From Reclinomonas americana ATCC 50394 (Eukaryota), in the NCBI GenBank assembly GCA_048213135.1, contig PS015536.1, forward strand, positions 74,173 to 125,198: 51,026 nucleotides of DNA. Reading direction: 5' to 3'. The position numbers and the translations under genes were made by a program. The notes beneath the pieces were generated by a model. The model had not been told where the DNA came from. It did not search any database and worked only from the letters and a program-made list of their open reading frames with translations. This document shows, in pieces, positions 23,311-34,231 of the stretch; within the stretch, counting starts at the first letter, position 1; each line of letters opens with the position of its first letter.

Positions 23311-24975
23311 TTACTTTATCTTTGAGTATCGCGCCAGGTCGTCGAGACTTCCGTAGCGCCGCTTGACCAGATTGCGATGCGCGGACTCCAAGAAGCGCGC
23401 CTTGCGGTCAAAGTCAAGCGATGTGCGGCTGCGTGGCAGGCCGTCGTGCACGCCTGGCGAACTGCGGCCACTACTGTTGCCGCCGGTCTCGGTCTGTGAG
23501 CCGGCGCGCGCACTCGTCTCCGACGGCGGATCAGCTGGCTCCGGCGTCTCGGCGCGCTCCTGCTCCGGTGTCGGTCGGGGCACGAAGAAGAGCTGCAGAC
23601 GACCGCGGGCACTCTGTCCACGCGGCAGACTCCACAGCAGGTGGCCGAAAACCAGCGACACCAAAATGACGCACACCGAGACGACGGCGGCGCGCCACGG
23701 CAGCGAGAGGATCGCCACCAGAATCGGCACGCACACCCACACGGCACCGGAGGAGATGCGCTGGAGGCGACGCGCCAGTGGCGTGCGATTGACCTTGGTC
23801 AGTGAGCCCACGTAGCGGTACCACGCAAAGCTGGTGTGACAAAAGAAGTGAGCAGCCGCACCGAGTTAGGGGAGAGAAAGCGAAGCAGTGCACGCACCAC
23901 AACGCAATGAGCAGGTACACGCCGAGCACGAAGCGATCAATGTAGGAGATGTTGCTCGACGGCACGTCGAGGTTCCAGTGGAACAAGATGAGACCCCTGC
24001 CGCAAGAGAACCAGGCGGTCAGCATGCTGCAAGAAGCCGGCCGACAATCGTCATGTGTGCGCGTGTACGCAACAACAGCGAGGCACTGCACACCGAACTG
24101 CCGACGCGCACGTAGCTCTCCGGCGGCAACGTAAACGGCGCGGTGACGATAATGACCAGTGCGATCGGTGGCAGGAAGAACTTGATCATGGCCTTGAACA
24201 GCGGTCGGGTCACCGGTACGGCAAAGGTGATGGCTGAGATGGTGTCGGCGCCCCGATACAGGCCACTCGGCCCGCTGATCGACACCGCGTCCCGATCAAT
24301 GTCAAAGGTCGGCAGATACACCTGTGGCAAGCCAAGAAGAAGAGCTCAGGCGCCGCGGAATGGGTGGAAACGCACGGCCAGCTACTGTACCTCGTCGGCC
24401 ACGCCAGAGGCCTCCGGGAACGGAAGCAGGCGAACATTGGGCATCGGCAGCGAGAAGGTCACGGTAATGCTCTCGTCGTTGAAAGGGAAGGAGCCCGAGG
24501 ACAGCACCGGCCAGAACTGCATGACTGCAATCAGTACCTCCCTCTCTCTTTCTGTGAATGTGTACTCTCCACTCGCTTGCGCACCACCGTCGTCTTGCAC
24601 TCAATGAAGCACAACGTGGGCTGCTCGAATCGCTGGCAGATGGCTCTCGGATGTGCATTGTCGATCCACGGAAGCACATCGGGAGGAGGCAACCAGCATT
24701 CATCTCCTCCACCATCTGCTGCCTCGCGACGAAACGAAAACACAATGGTCACATCCGCTCGCGCAGTCTCCAACTTGACATCAGCAATCTGCGCGCTTTT
24801 CGCTGCTCAGCTGGCTGCTGCTGCAATTCACTCATTCACGAGACAGAGAGAGACTGACCCTGCTGATCCACACGCCGGCCTTCACGTCGATCACATCGCT
24901 ACTCTGCGCCTCCGCCACAATCACCGCGACTGTGCACAGAAGAAGCACGAGGCACGCTATTCTCCGCAGTGTCAT
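23311..24975 (-). CDS. Cys-less pentameric ligand-gated ion channel subunit B, with extra TM helix, 5 introns
   Basis: Signal peptide; VKAGVWISRIADVKLE; SFPFND; PEASGVADE; M1 FFLPPIALVIIV; NLDVPSSNISYIDRFVLGVY; M4 AVWVCVPILVAILSLPW; extra helix AAVVSVCVILVSLVFGHLLW. Paralog of 15101-18284. Confidence 0.75.
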
Positions 24976-25689
24976 TGCGGAAAGAAGAGTCGGAAAGAAA
25001 GGGAGTTGTCAAATNNNNNNNNNNNNNNNNNNNNNNNNNNNNNNNNNNNNNNNNNNNNNNNNNNNNNNNNNNNNNNNNNNNNNNNNNNNNNNNNNNNNNN
25101 NNNNNNNNNNNNNNNNNNNNNNNNNNNNNNNNNNNNNNNNNNNNNNNNNNNNNNNNNNNNNNNNNNNNNNNNNNNNNNNNNNNNNNNNNNNNNNNNNNNN
25201 NNNNNNNNNNNNNNNNNNNNNNNNNNNNNNNNNNNNNNNNNNNNNNNNNNNNNNNNNNNNNNNNNNNNNNNNNNNNNNNNNNNNNNNNNNNNNNNNNNNN
25301 NNNNNNNNNNNNNNNNNNNNNNNNNNNNNNNNNNNNNNNNNNNNNNNNNNNNNNNNNNNNNNNNNNNNNNNNNNNNNNNNNNNNNNNNNNNNNNNNNNNN
25401 NNNNNNNNNNNNNNNNNNNNNNNNNNNNNNNNNNNNNNNNNNNNNNNNNNNNNNNNNNNNNNNNNNNNNNNNNNNNNNNNNNNNNNNNNNNNNNNNNNNN
25501 NNNNNNNNNNNNNNNNNNNNNNNNNNNNNNNNNNNNNNNNNNNNNNNNNNNNNNNNNNNNNNNNNNNNNNNNNNNNNNNNNNNNNNNNNNNNNNNNNNNN
25601 NNNNNNNNNNNNNNNNNNNNNNNNNNNNNNNNNNNNNNNNNNNNNNNNNNNNNNNNNNNNNNNNNNNNNNNNNNNNNNNNNNNNNNNNN

Positions 25690-26670
25690 TCCGGCGACAG
25701 CAACGGCACACCCGTGTACTCGGCCACTCGTCGCAACACATCGCTCGGCACCTGCGCCACCACTAGCACACCTGCCTCCTCGAACGCATGCAGCACCTTG
25801 TCTTCCACCTTGCCACCACACAGCAGCACATTGCATCGAGTGCGTGCCACCCACGCCTCGACCATCACTGCGACACGCGCCGGCAGCGCAAAGGCCACCA
25901 GCGTGGCGCGCACCGACGACACTAGTCGCGGCATCAAACGCGACGGTATGGCCCCCGTGTTGCGCCACACAGCACCCGGTTTCACCAAGTACGAGTCTGT
26001 CAACTGCCTGCCCGCTCTTCGCTGCACCACCGACAACGGTGCCGCGCCTGCAGTCACCACCGAGTCCACCGCCAACTGCGCAATGTGCGATCGTGCACTG
26101 GCCACAGCGCACTTGGAGGCCAGCACAGTGTTGGACATGGCACTCATCAGCAACGCAGCACTGGCTCCCTCTTCAGCATCCACAGAGAACGCCAGATGTT
26201 GCTGAACATGATCCACGGCCTCATCGCGCAGGCGAAACAGTGCTCCGAGAATGTCGGTGTTCGCCACGCCCTCAGTGTGCACCAGCCGCAGCACAGACGA
26301 CACGATCTCCACGGCCAGCACCACTGCACTGGTCGTTCCGTCACCCACACGCGACTGCGCGAGCGGTGTGAGTGACAACAGACAAGAGAGAAACAAGGGT
26401 GAGAGCGCGCAACATCCTGAGATGTGGCCAAGTCTGCGAGGATGCGACACACGGGGTTCTTGAGTCGAAAGTGTCGCAGAATGGTGGCACCATCGTTGCT
26501 CAGCACCACATGCCCGCTCTCATCGACCAGGCACTTGTCGCGACCCTGCATGCAACACTCACGTGAGTTGTCTCTGTGGAGAGCAAAGGGGGTGTGGCAG
26601 AAGCCGAAACTAGTGGACCGAGGGACGTGCGCAGAATGTCACGCAAAAGATAGCAGGCGTCAAAGCTCAT
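25690..26670 (-). CDS. Divergent group II chaperonin (CCT/BBS-like), 3' end in gap
   Basis: TSLGPLGRDKCLVD...SNDGATIL...QDSRVGDGTTSAVVLA ATP-binding motifs. The apical region is short and divergent. Confidence 0.8.
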
Positions 26671-26761
26671 GAGGCAAGACAAGAGGATGAGACGGACGAG
26701 GACACAGCTTGGTTTCGCTCATTTACGAATAATTTTTCCTTCTTCTGCCACACTTGTCTCC

Positions 26762-29534
26762 TCATTCGGGCTGCGTTGGTGTCGGTGCGGTGGCGGGTAC
26801 AGGTGTGGGAGTAGTGGGCGTGGTGGGCGTCGGAGTTGTCGACGTGGGTGCGGTGGTGGTGGTGGTGGGAGCTGGTGCGGCAGCAGCGGCGGCGGTGGGG
26901 GGTTTGATGGCCTCGTGAACGGCGACCTTTTGCCAGGAACCGTCGCGCATGTTCATCTGGAAGAGCACCTTCTCGCGGTAGGCTTGGTTGGTGCTCTCTA
27001 CCACCTTTTCCGACATGGACAGCGTCACGGTCATCATGCCGTCGCTGTTCGGATCCACAGCGCCTAGAGAAGGAGGAATCTGTCAAATGACGATGCGCTG
27101 TGCAGGCAACGCGGCCCACTGCACGCAACTGCGCTGGCCAGAGAGGAAGGCGTAAATGTAGTTGCGAATCTCGGTGGTGACCATGTTGCAGTCGGCGGTG
27201 AGCTTGTTGATGGTTGCCAGGATTTGCTGTTGCTGCAGGGCCAACTGCAGTTGCTGCTGCTGGTGTGGCGTCAGCTGTTGCATCTGCTGCGCCGCCTGCA
27301 TCTGCTGGTGTTGTGCGGTGTGCTGATCGGCATTCTGTGCAGCCGCCGGGAGAGATGCCGAGGGCACGCCGAATGGCGGCCGATACTGCTGCTGCAAAAA
27401 CGGATTCTGCCCGCCAGCAGCCGCAGCAGCAGCGGCGGCAGCAGCGGCGGCTGCAGTGGGCGCCTGAGCGGGTGTAGTCAGCTGGAACGGAGTCGGCGTC
27501 GGTCGCTGCATGAGCGAGCCGAACGGCGATGGCGTGGCCGAAGCGCCGGGTACGGCACCAAGCACAGCTGCGGCGGCGGCTGCGGCCGTCGCAGTGGCTG
27601 CCAGTGACGGAGCGAATGGAGACGCGCCGAGACCCTGAACGGCACATGGTGAGTGTGATGTGAGGGGGTGAGTGTGAGATGGGCACAAAAGCACTCACAG
27701 CTGCGGCGGCCGTCTCTGTGCGCGTGCGCGCGTGTGGTGAGGGTGAGCAACGAGAAACTGTGCGAAGCAGCCATATCGTGGCACGCAACTCTTCTTCTCC
27801 TCGCGTCGCTTCTCCTTGTCCTCTCGTTCCTTTTCTTTCCTCCTTTGCTTGGCCTCACGAGTGCGATCGGCCTGCTCCTCCTTTTCTCGCTTCCGTCGCT
27901 CCTTCAAGTCCTCGCGGGCGCGTTTCACTGCGAGCATGTGAGCAACACAACTGAGCTAGCAAGGGAAGAGAGTGAGAGAAAGACAGCAGCTCACCATCTT
28001 CCTTCTCCTTCTTGGCCATTTCTTCACGACGACGGTGAAGCGAGTCGGCCTCCTCGGCCGCCAGCAGCACCACACTGCCCTCTTGACCGGCCGTGAGCGG
28101 TGGTGAAGCCGCTCGTGCTACGCTGGCCTTGAGCATGCGATCAAACACCTCCTCGTCGCGTCGCGTCAGGAATGCCGAACCACCGCCGAGCGAGCTGCCG
28201 CTGGTAGTTGTCCGCGAGGCCGCCGTACGCTGTGCGGCGGCACGCAGAGCATCGAACCCGGACAGTCGTGGCGCGCCTGCCGTCGTCGTGAGACAGAGCG
28301 CGAATGTGGAGAATGTGGCAACAGACATTACCTGGTCGCACTCCTCCTCCACCACCAGCACTACCACCAGCGCCACCCAGCTGCGAGGATCCACCGGCCG
28401 ACGATGGTGCATCCGTGTCCATGGCACTGCTGCCGTCCTCGCCGCCAAAGGATTTTGCGTGCACCAGACTGCGGGGTTTTAACCGGAATGGCACTGAAGG
28501 GGAAGAGGTGAGGTGTGCGTGTGGGAGAGAGACGAGAGTGCGTCAATAGACGCAACGATGTGGCTCACGAATGGCCACCAACTCGGCTCCGTATTGCTCC
28601 TGCAACACGTCCTGGTCGATGTAGGCCCACACACGTGGAGGCACTGCAATGTAGCCGAAATTGTCTTGCCACACGGGTGCCAGCCGGTCGAGGGCGTCGT
28701 CGACCTCACGCAGTGAGGAGTTTGCCGACATGGTCATGAGGTCGTCAGCCGAGCCGTCATCGGAGGATGCCGATGGCGTGGCTGGCGGTGGTCCGTGCAC
28801 GTCGATGCGTGGCACTCCAGACGACGGCACGTCGCGCAGGATGCGCCCCATGACCTGTGTCCACTTGTCGTCGTCGTACTCGGCCACCTGTGGTTCGGGG
28901 GGTGAGTCGCTTACTTGCGCACACGCACGGGCTGCGCGCGCACACACACACACGCAACTCGAATGATTTCCGTCATCTCCTCGCGCACGTCGTTGACCGC
29001 CGCCTTCTTGAGCGTGAGGAAGCCGAGCAGTACACGAATACGGACCGAGGCCTCCAGGCTCGAGAAGTTGGTCGCAATGCGGCGCAGGTCGCTCTTCGAG
29101 ATGATGGAGGATAGTCTGGAAGGGGGGAGGGGGTGAGAAGGGGGGAGAGCGCAAACGAGACAAGTGCGCCAATGGCGCCATAAGTGCAGAAAGAACAATA
29201 ACGAGGCGAGCGAGAGTATGGGAGGAGAACAGGGCGCGCAGGAGGAAAGAGACAAGACAAGCGAGAATGATCAAGACGCAAGGGCAACGAGATGTGAGAG
29301 AGACACATGAGGTAAGACAAGAACGCATGCAATGCAAGCCGCAGCGAGAGGAAGACAAGCGGCGGGAATCGAAGAGACAAGACAAGCGAGAATGATCAAG
29401 GCACAGCGCACAGCATGGATGAGAGAGGCACACGAGAGAAGAGAACGCGAGAATGCATGCAATGCAAGGAGCACAGAGAGGAAGACAAGTGGCGGGAGTC
29501 GAAGAGACAAGCGAGAATGCTGAACACAAGAGCA

Positions 29535-29581
<47 letters not shown>

Positions 29582-30698
29582 TCTGCGACGACCACGGCCT
29601 GGCCAACACCAACCGCAGCTGATCCAACGTCTTCTGCACCTTCTGCTCATCATTCTCTCCATCTCCCACGCCCGACANNNNNNNNNNNNNNNNNNNNNNN
29701 NNNNNNNNNNNNNNNNNNNNNNNNNNNNNNNNNNNNNNNNNNNNNNNNNNNNNNNNNNNNNNNNNNNNNNNNNNNNNNNNNNNNNNNNNNNNNNNNNNNN
29801 NNNNNNNNNNNNNNNNNNNNNNNNNNNNNNNNNNNNNNNNNNNNNNNNNNNNNNNNNNNNNNNNNNNNNNNNNNNNNNNNNNNNNNNNNNNNNNNNNNNN
29901 NNNNNNNNNNNNNNNNNNNNNNNNNNNNNNNNNNNNNNNNNNNNNNNNNNNNNNNNNNNNNNNNNNNNNNNNNNNNNNNNNNNNNNNNNNNNNNNNNNNN
30001 NNNNNNNNNNNNNNNNNNNNNNNNNNNNNNNNNNNNNNNNNNNNNNNNNNNNNNNNNNNNNNNNNNNNNNNNNNNNNNNNNNNNNNNNNNNNNNNNNNNN
30101 NNNNNNNNNNNNNNNNNNNNNNNNNNNNNNNNNNNNNNNNNNNNNNNNNNNNNNNNNNNNNNNNNNNNNNNNNNNNNNNNNNNNNNNNNNNNNNNNNNNN
30201 NNNNNNNNNNNNNNNNNNNNNNNNNNNNNNNNNNNNNNNNNNNNNNNNNNNNNNNNNNNNNNNNNNNNNNNNNNNNNTTGCCACACCACTGCTCGCCGCC
30301 ATTGTCGATGACGACGTGCGCGCAGAAGGCGACATAACCATGGGTGCCGAGTATCGCGGAGGAGACCTTCCCTGCTCCTCCTCATCTTCATCTTCTTCCT
30401 CCTCCGCCTGCTGTTGATCGCGCATTCCCACATCTCCATCATCATCTGCATCTGCATCATCATCATCGTCGTACTGCTGATGTTGCTGCTCATAGTGAGC
30501 ATAGTGTGACGCGTACTGGTCGCCTTCCTCTCCCTCTGCATGTCGCTTGTCTTGGTGGTGGTGATGGTGGTCATCGTCGTCGTCGTATGCAGGCGCGTAC
30601 TCGGGAACGTATTGAGACTGGTCGTGTGAGACACCGTACTGCGGTTGTGAGGCCGCGGTGGGCGATGTGGCGTGTGCGTGCTCGTCGTCCACGTCCAT
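26762..30698 (-). CDS. NELFA: Negative elongation factor A, with acidic/His-rich N-extension (start uncertain, gap inside)
   Basis: PWSSQRLSSII...FSSLEASVRIRVLLGFL...DDKWTQVMGRIL matches the NELF-A N-domain. CNMVTTEIRNYIYAFLSGQR...VLFQMNMRDGSWQK matches the NELF-A C-domain. Confidence 0.85.
29240..29530. repeat. Degenerate ~130-bp intronic minisatellite (2-3 copies) next to a (CT)n tract
   Basis: GCATGCAATGCAAG...GAGAGGAAGACAAG.GGCGGGA.TCGAAGAGACAA at ~29325 and ~29455. GACAAGCGAGAATG at ~29256, ~29381 and ~29506. Confidence 0.8.
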
Positions 30699-30836
30699 TG
30701 TGATGTGCACTTGTCCTGCGAAGGCGGGGTTTTTGTGTGACCCTCTTCCTGGATCCCTACGGAGCTCATAGAGATTGCCAGTAGCTCGAGAAAGCGGGCT
30801 GATCGACGCTCTTTCTCTCGTGGTTTTTATTCATAA

Positions 30837-32039
30837 TCAGAATCCGACACCGCGAGCTCTGGCGAAGTCGCGGTTCGGCCATGCCGGCAACGGCAACGCA
30901 GCGCGATGAGCAATCAGTCGCGCGTCTTCGGCGATGAAACAGCGCAGCACGATCTCCACCAGACACCACACTGAATCATCGTCATCGTCTTCTGACACTG
31001 GTGGTTGCATTTCCCGCACAGCCTGCACCGCTGCTTGCGCGCACGCATACTCCAGTCGCGCGCAACCACACAACGTAGAATCTACATGAGCTGTCCAATA
31101 CGAACCCGACGAAACAAGGTGTTGACCGTCGGGGGACACACAGACAGTACCGTGGTCGGTATCATCCCAGCGGCCAACATCAATGGAATAATGATCTTCG
31201 CCGCTCGTTAACGACAACACTCGCACGTGACTAAAATATCTGCAAACGGCCCATTTGCTATCCGGCGTTGTGGTTATTGCCGTCAAACAGTACCCATCGC
31301 TTAAATATGGAGCGCTGCGAAGCCTCACGCCGCTTGCAAACTCCCACACACCGATTTTCAGACCGTCCCCACCCACAACATGCTTGCTGTCAGATGTAAC
31401 GGCCACAGCAACCACCTCAAGTCTGAGCCCCTCGAGTCGTCGGACTCGTTTCCCAGTCGCAAAGTTCAGCACGATAACGCAGCCGCGAGGAGTACCCACC
31501 ACAATGTGCTTCCCTTGTGGACATAGCGTCACCGTTGACAGTTTCTTACAACGACGTGCACGGAAGAGTCGCACGAATGCGCCAGTTGCAATCGACCACA
31601 CTCGCACCACCCCGTCAGAGCAGAGAGCAACAACCTCTTGACTGTCGGGAGTCACGATCAATACGTCTGCTGTGAATGACTCCTCCCATTGAATCACTCG
31701 CCCTCGTTCACCAGTGCACAGGGACCACAGTCGAATCGTCTCATCGCGGCTGCTTGACAGAATGAACTGCCCATCGGGAGTCACCGCCACCGATATGACT
31801 ACACCCATGTGTCCGTGGAGACAGTGGACCTGCCTGCCAGTCACGATCGACAACAGGGACACGCTATTGCTGTTGCTTCCACACACAATGTGCAGCCCAT
31901 CTGGAGTGAAACATACACACCCGTCGGGACAGCCACGACTCATCCTACGGTAGCGAAAAACCGGTGCGCGCTCCTGCGCTTGTGTTGTTGTTGGCAACGT
32001 TTCGAACCTGGGTTCGCTGTTTGTCGGCCAGAGACGCAT
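30837..32039 (-). CDS. Intronless WD40 repeat protein (400 aa)
   Basis: Uninterrupted ORF with repeated (V/F)TPDG/TPDS..W motifs, e.g. GHMGVVISVAVTPDGQFILSSSRDETIRLWS. Confidence 0.85.
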   Translation of the reverse strand: MRLWPTNSEPRFETLPTTTQAQERAPVFRYRRMSRGCPDGCVCFTPDGLHIVCGSNSNSVSLLSIVTGRQVHCLHGHMGVVISVAVTPDGQFILSSSRDETIRLWSLCTGERGRVIQWEESFTADVLIVTPDSQEVVALCSDGVVRVWSIATGAFVRLFRARRCKKLSTVTLCPQGKHIVVGTPRGCVIVLNFATGKRVRRLEGLRLEVVAVAVTSDSKHVVGGDGLKIGVWEFASGVRLRSAPYLSDGYCLTAITTTPDSKWAVCRYFSHVRVLSLTSGEDHYSIDVGRWDDTDHGTVCVSPDGQHLVSSGSYWTAHVDSTLCGCARLEYACAQAAVQAVREMQPPVSEDDDDDSVWCLVEIVLRCFIAEDARLIAHRAALPLPAWPNRDFARARGVGF

Positions 32040-32324
32040 CTCTGCTCACGTTTATGCAGATATAAGCCGCAACATTCACAGCGAAAGAAAGAAAGACAGC
32101 GGAGAGAGAGAGAAGCGCGACGGGGAGAGAATGTCATAAACCAACACACACACACAAACACACTCATATACACACGAATCCCTCCTCCCTCCCACGCAAC
32201 GGGCACTCATTCGTGGAAGCGCGCGCTCTCTCTCTCTCTCTCACAGATAACTCGCGGGGGTGCGTGAGAGCAAACGGGACAGATGCACTGCGCGAGCACA
32301 CGACTGATCGTTGAAAGACACAAA

Positions 32325-34190
32325 ATGGCGACTGCGCCTCCACCCGCCGACTCTGTGGGCCGCCTCGTCTCCGACGTACAACGCTCCCTGCATCGCATTC
32401 GACAGGTGTGACACTCGCACACACATACACACACACACGCGTTGTGCCTGTAGACACACACAACACTCACAAGAGATAATGTCCGTTATGTAGGCTCTGG
32501 CGCAGGAGGATCCACGCGTGGCCGCGCATGTGCAGGGTCTCATTGCCAGTGCAGAGACGGAGCTGAAGCTCAAGGTCTCACTCCTTTCACCACAGTGTGT
32601 GTCTCTCACTCAGTGCTCATTGTTAATTGCGTGCAGGCTGATGAGGTGATTCATGCGAGTCTGCATGGTGCGCCGACGAGCACCACTGGCTTCCTCAGTG
32701 CGACTGGTGAGTGAGTGAGTGAGTTGTGTGCGTCATTGTGCTCACTGGCGACTGACAATTGCTGGTAGCTCCGCCTTCGTTCCAAGCGGACTCGAGGCGC
32801 AAGGCGTTTGAGGCCGGGGCGGCACGAGCGACCGCCAAGGAACGCATGATGCGGGAGAGGAGAGAGAAGGTGCTGCGCAGAGGAAGAACGGAACGGACTC
32901 GAGAGCTGTGAACCGGACATGCCTCCTCACTCTCACCTGTTTGCGTAGGTTCTCGCCGCTCCCGATGTGTACGCTGGCAAGGCCCGCACGCTGCTGCAAG
33001 ACGAGTTTGGCATGCCAACACAGCGCTTCAATCGTCTGGATCGGACCGCCGGTCGTCGCACCAGTGGTCATTTGCACAGAGACAAGGTGCACGGACCGGG
33101 ATTCGTGTTGCCGAAGCAGAATCGCAACGACCCGCTGGCTCCACTGCCTCCAATCTCACCAGAGGAACTCAACAAGGTGTGTGTGCGATACCGTCAGTCG
33201 GAAGAGAGGAGTTGTGAGCTGAAACACGCTGCTGTGTGGTTCCAGGGCCTGCTGAACATGATCCAGAAGGGCATCATTCCCGCCCACGTGGACCTGACGC
33301 CCGCCATGGGCCAGAGCAGCTTCCCGCTGCACTACGAGCCGTCGCGCTTCTACCACCCAGACGAGTATCACATGCGGAGAGAGGTGGCTTCGGTGGCCGG
33401 ATTCAACGCGCAAAGCAATGTGAAGCTGGATCAGGAGGCGCTGCGTGCGCGTGTAGAGGTGCGCACTCGCCACGTCGTTGTTGGTGGGTGAGATCACTGA
33501 CGACGGCGAATGCAGATGACCGAGGAGGCCTACGCCCGGCAAAATGATGCCACCTACCTCGTGCCACAGCCGATTCAGGCACCGCCGCCCCCGCCGCAGC
33601 AACAGCCGACACAGCCACCGGTTTGTCAGCATGGAACCTCGTGTCCATCATCCCCACCGATTGTCTCACTCGCTTCTGTGCAGCCGGTCGACGCAGTCCA
33701 ACGCACCTACGAGCAACTGCTGGATGAATTCTCGCTCCACCACTTTGTCATTCGCAAGGGCCAGGCGTTGCGCGAATCACCCGAATTCTTCTCGTTCCAG
33801 CGCACCTTCCAGCGTGACTGGGGCAACATTTGCTCAATTATTGGCGAGCTGGAACGGCTGCTCACCGAGCTGTCCAGTTGCGCACGCGCGATCGTTTCCG
33901 CGACCGCCCCGCATGCCTTGTCTCATCCCCTTCCACTTGTGTATGCGAATCAGTTCCACTTGCATATATTGATGGTAAGCAGGTGGCGCGTCTCGCCGAG
34001 TCCATGCTGGATTTGCCGACTGTTGCCGAGCTGCTCTCGTGTATTGTGAATCGCGACAAGGTTTGTGTGCAAGCTGTGGATGGGGATTCTTGCTTTGTCG
34101 TTCCTTTCCCTGTTCACTTTTGCTCGCTGCGGAAGGTGTTCTTTGCTTCTGCATGTCACAAGCCAGTAGAAGTCTCACTCTCATTCTTTG

Positions 34191-34231
<41 letters not shown>

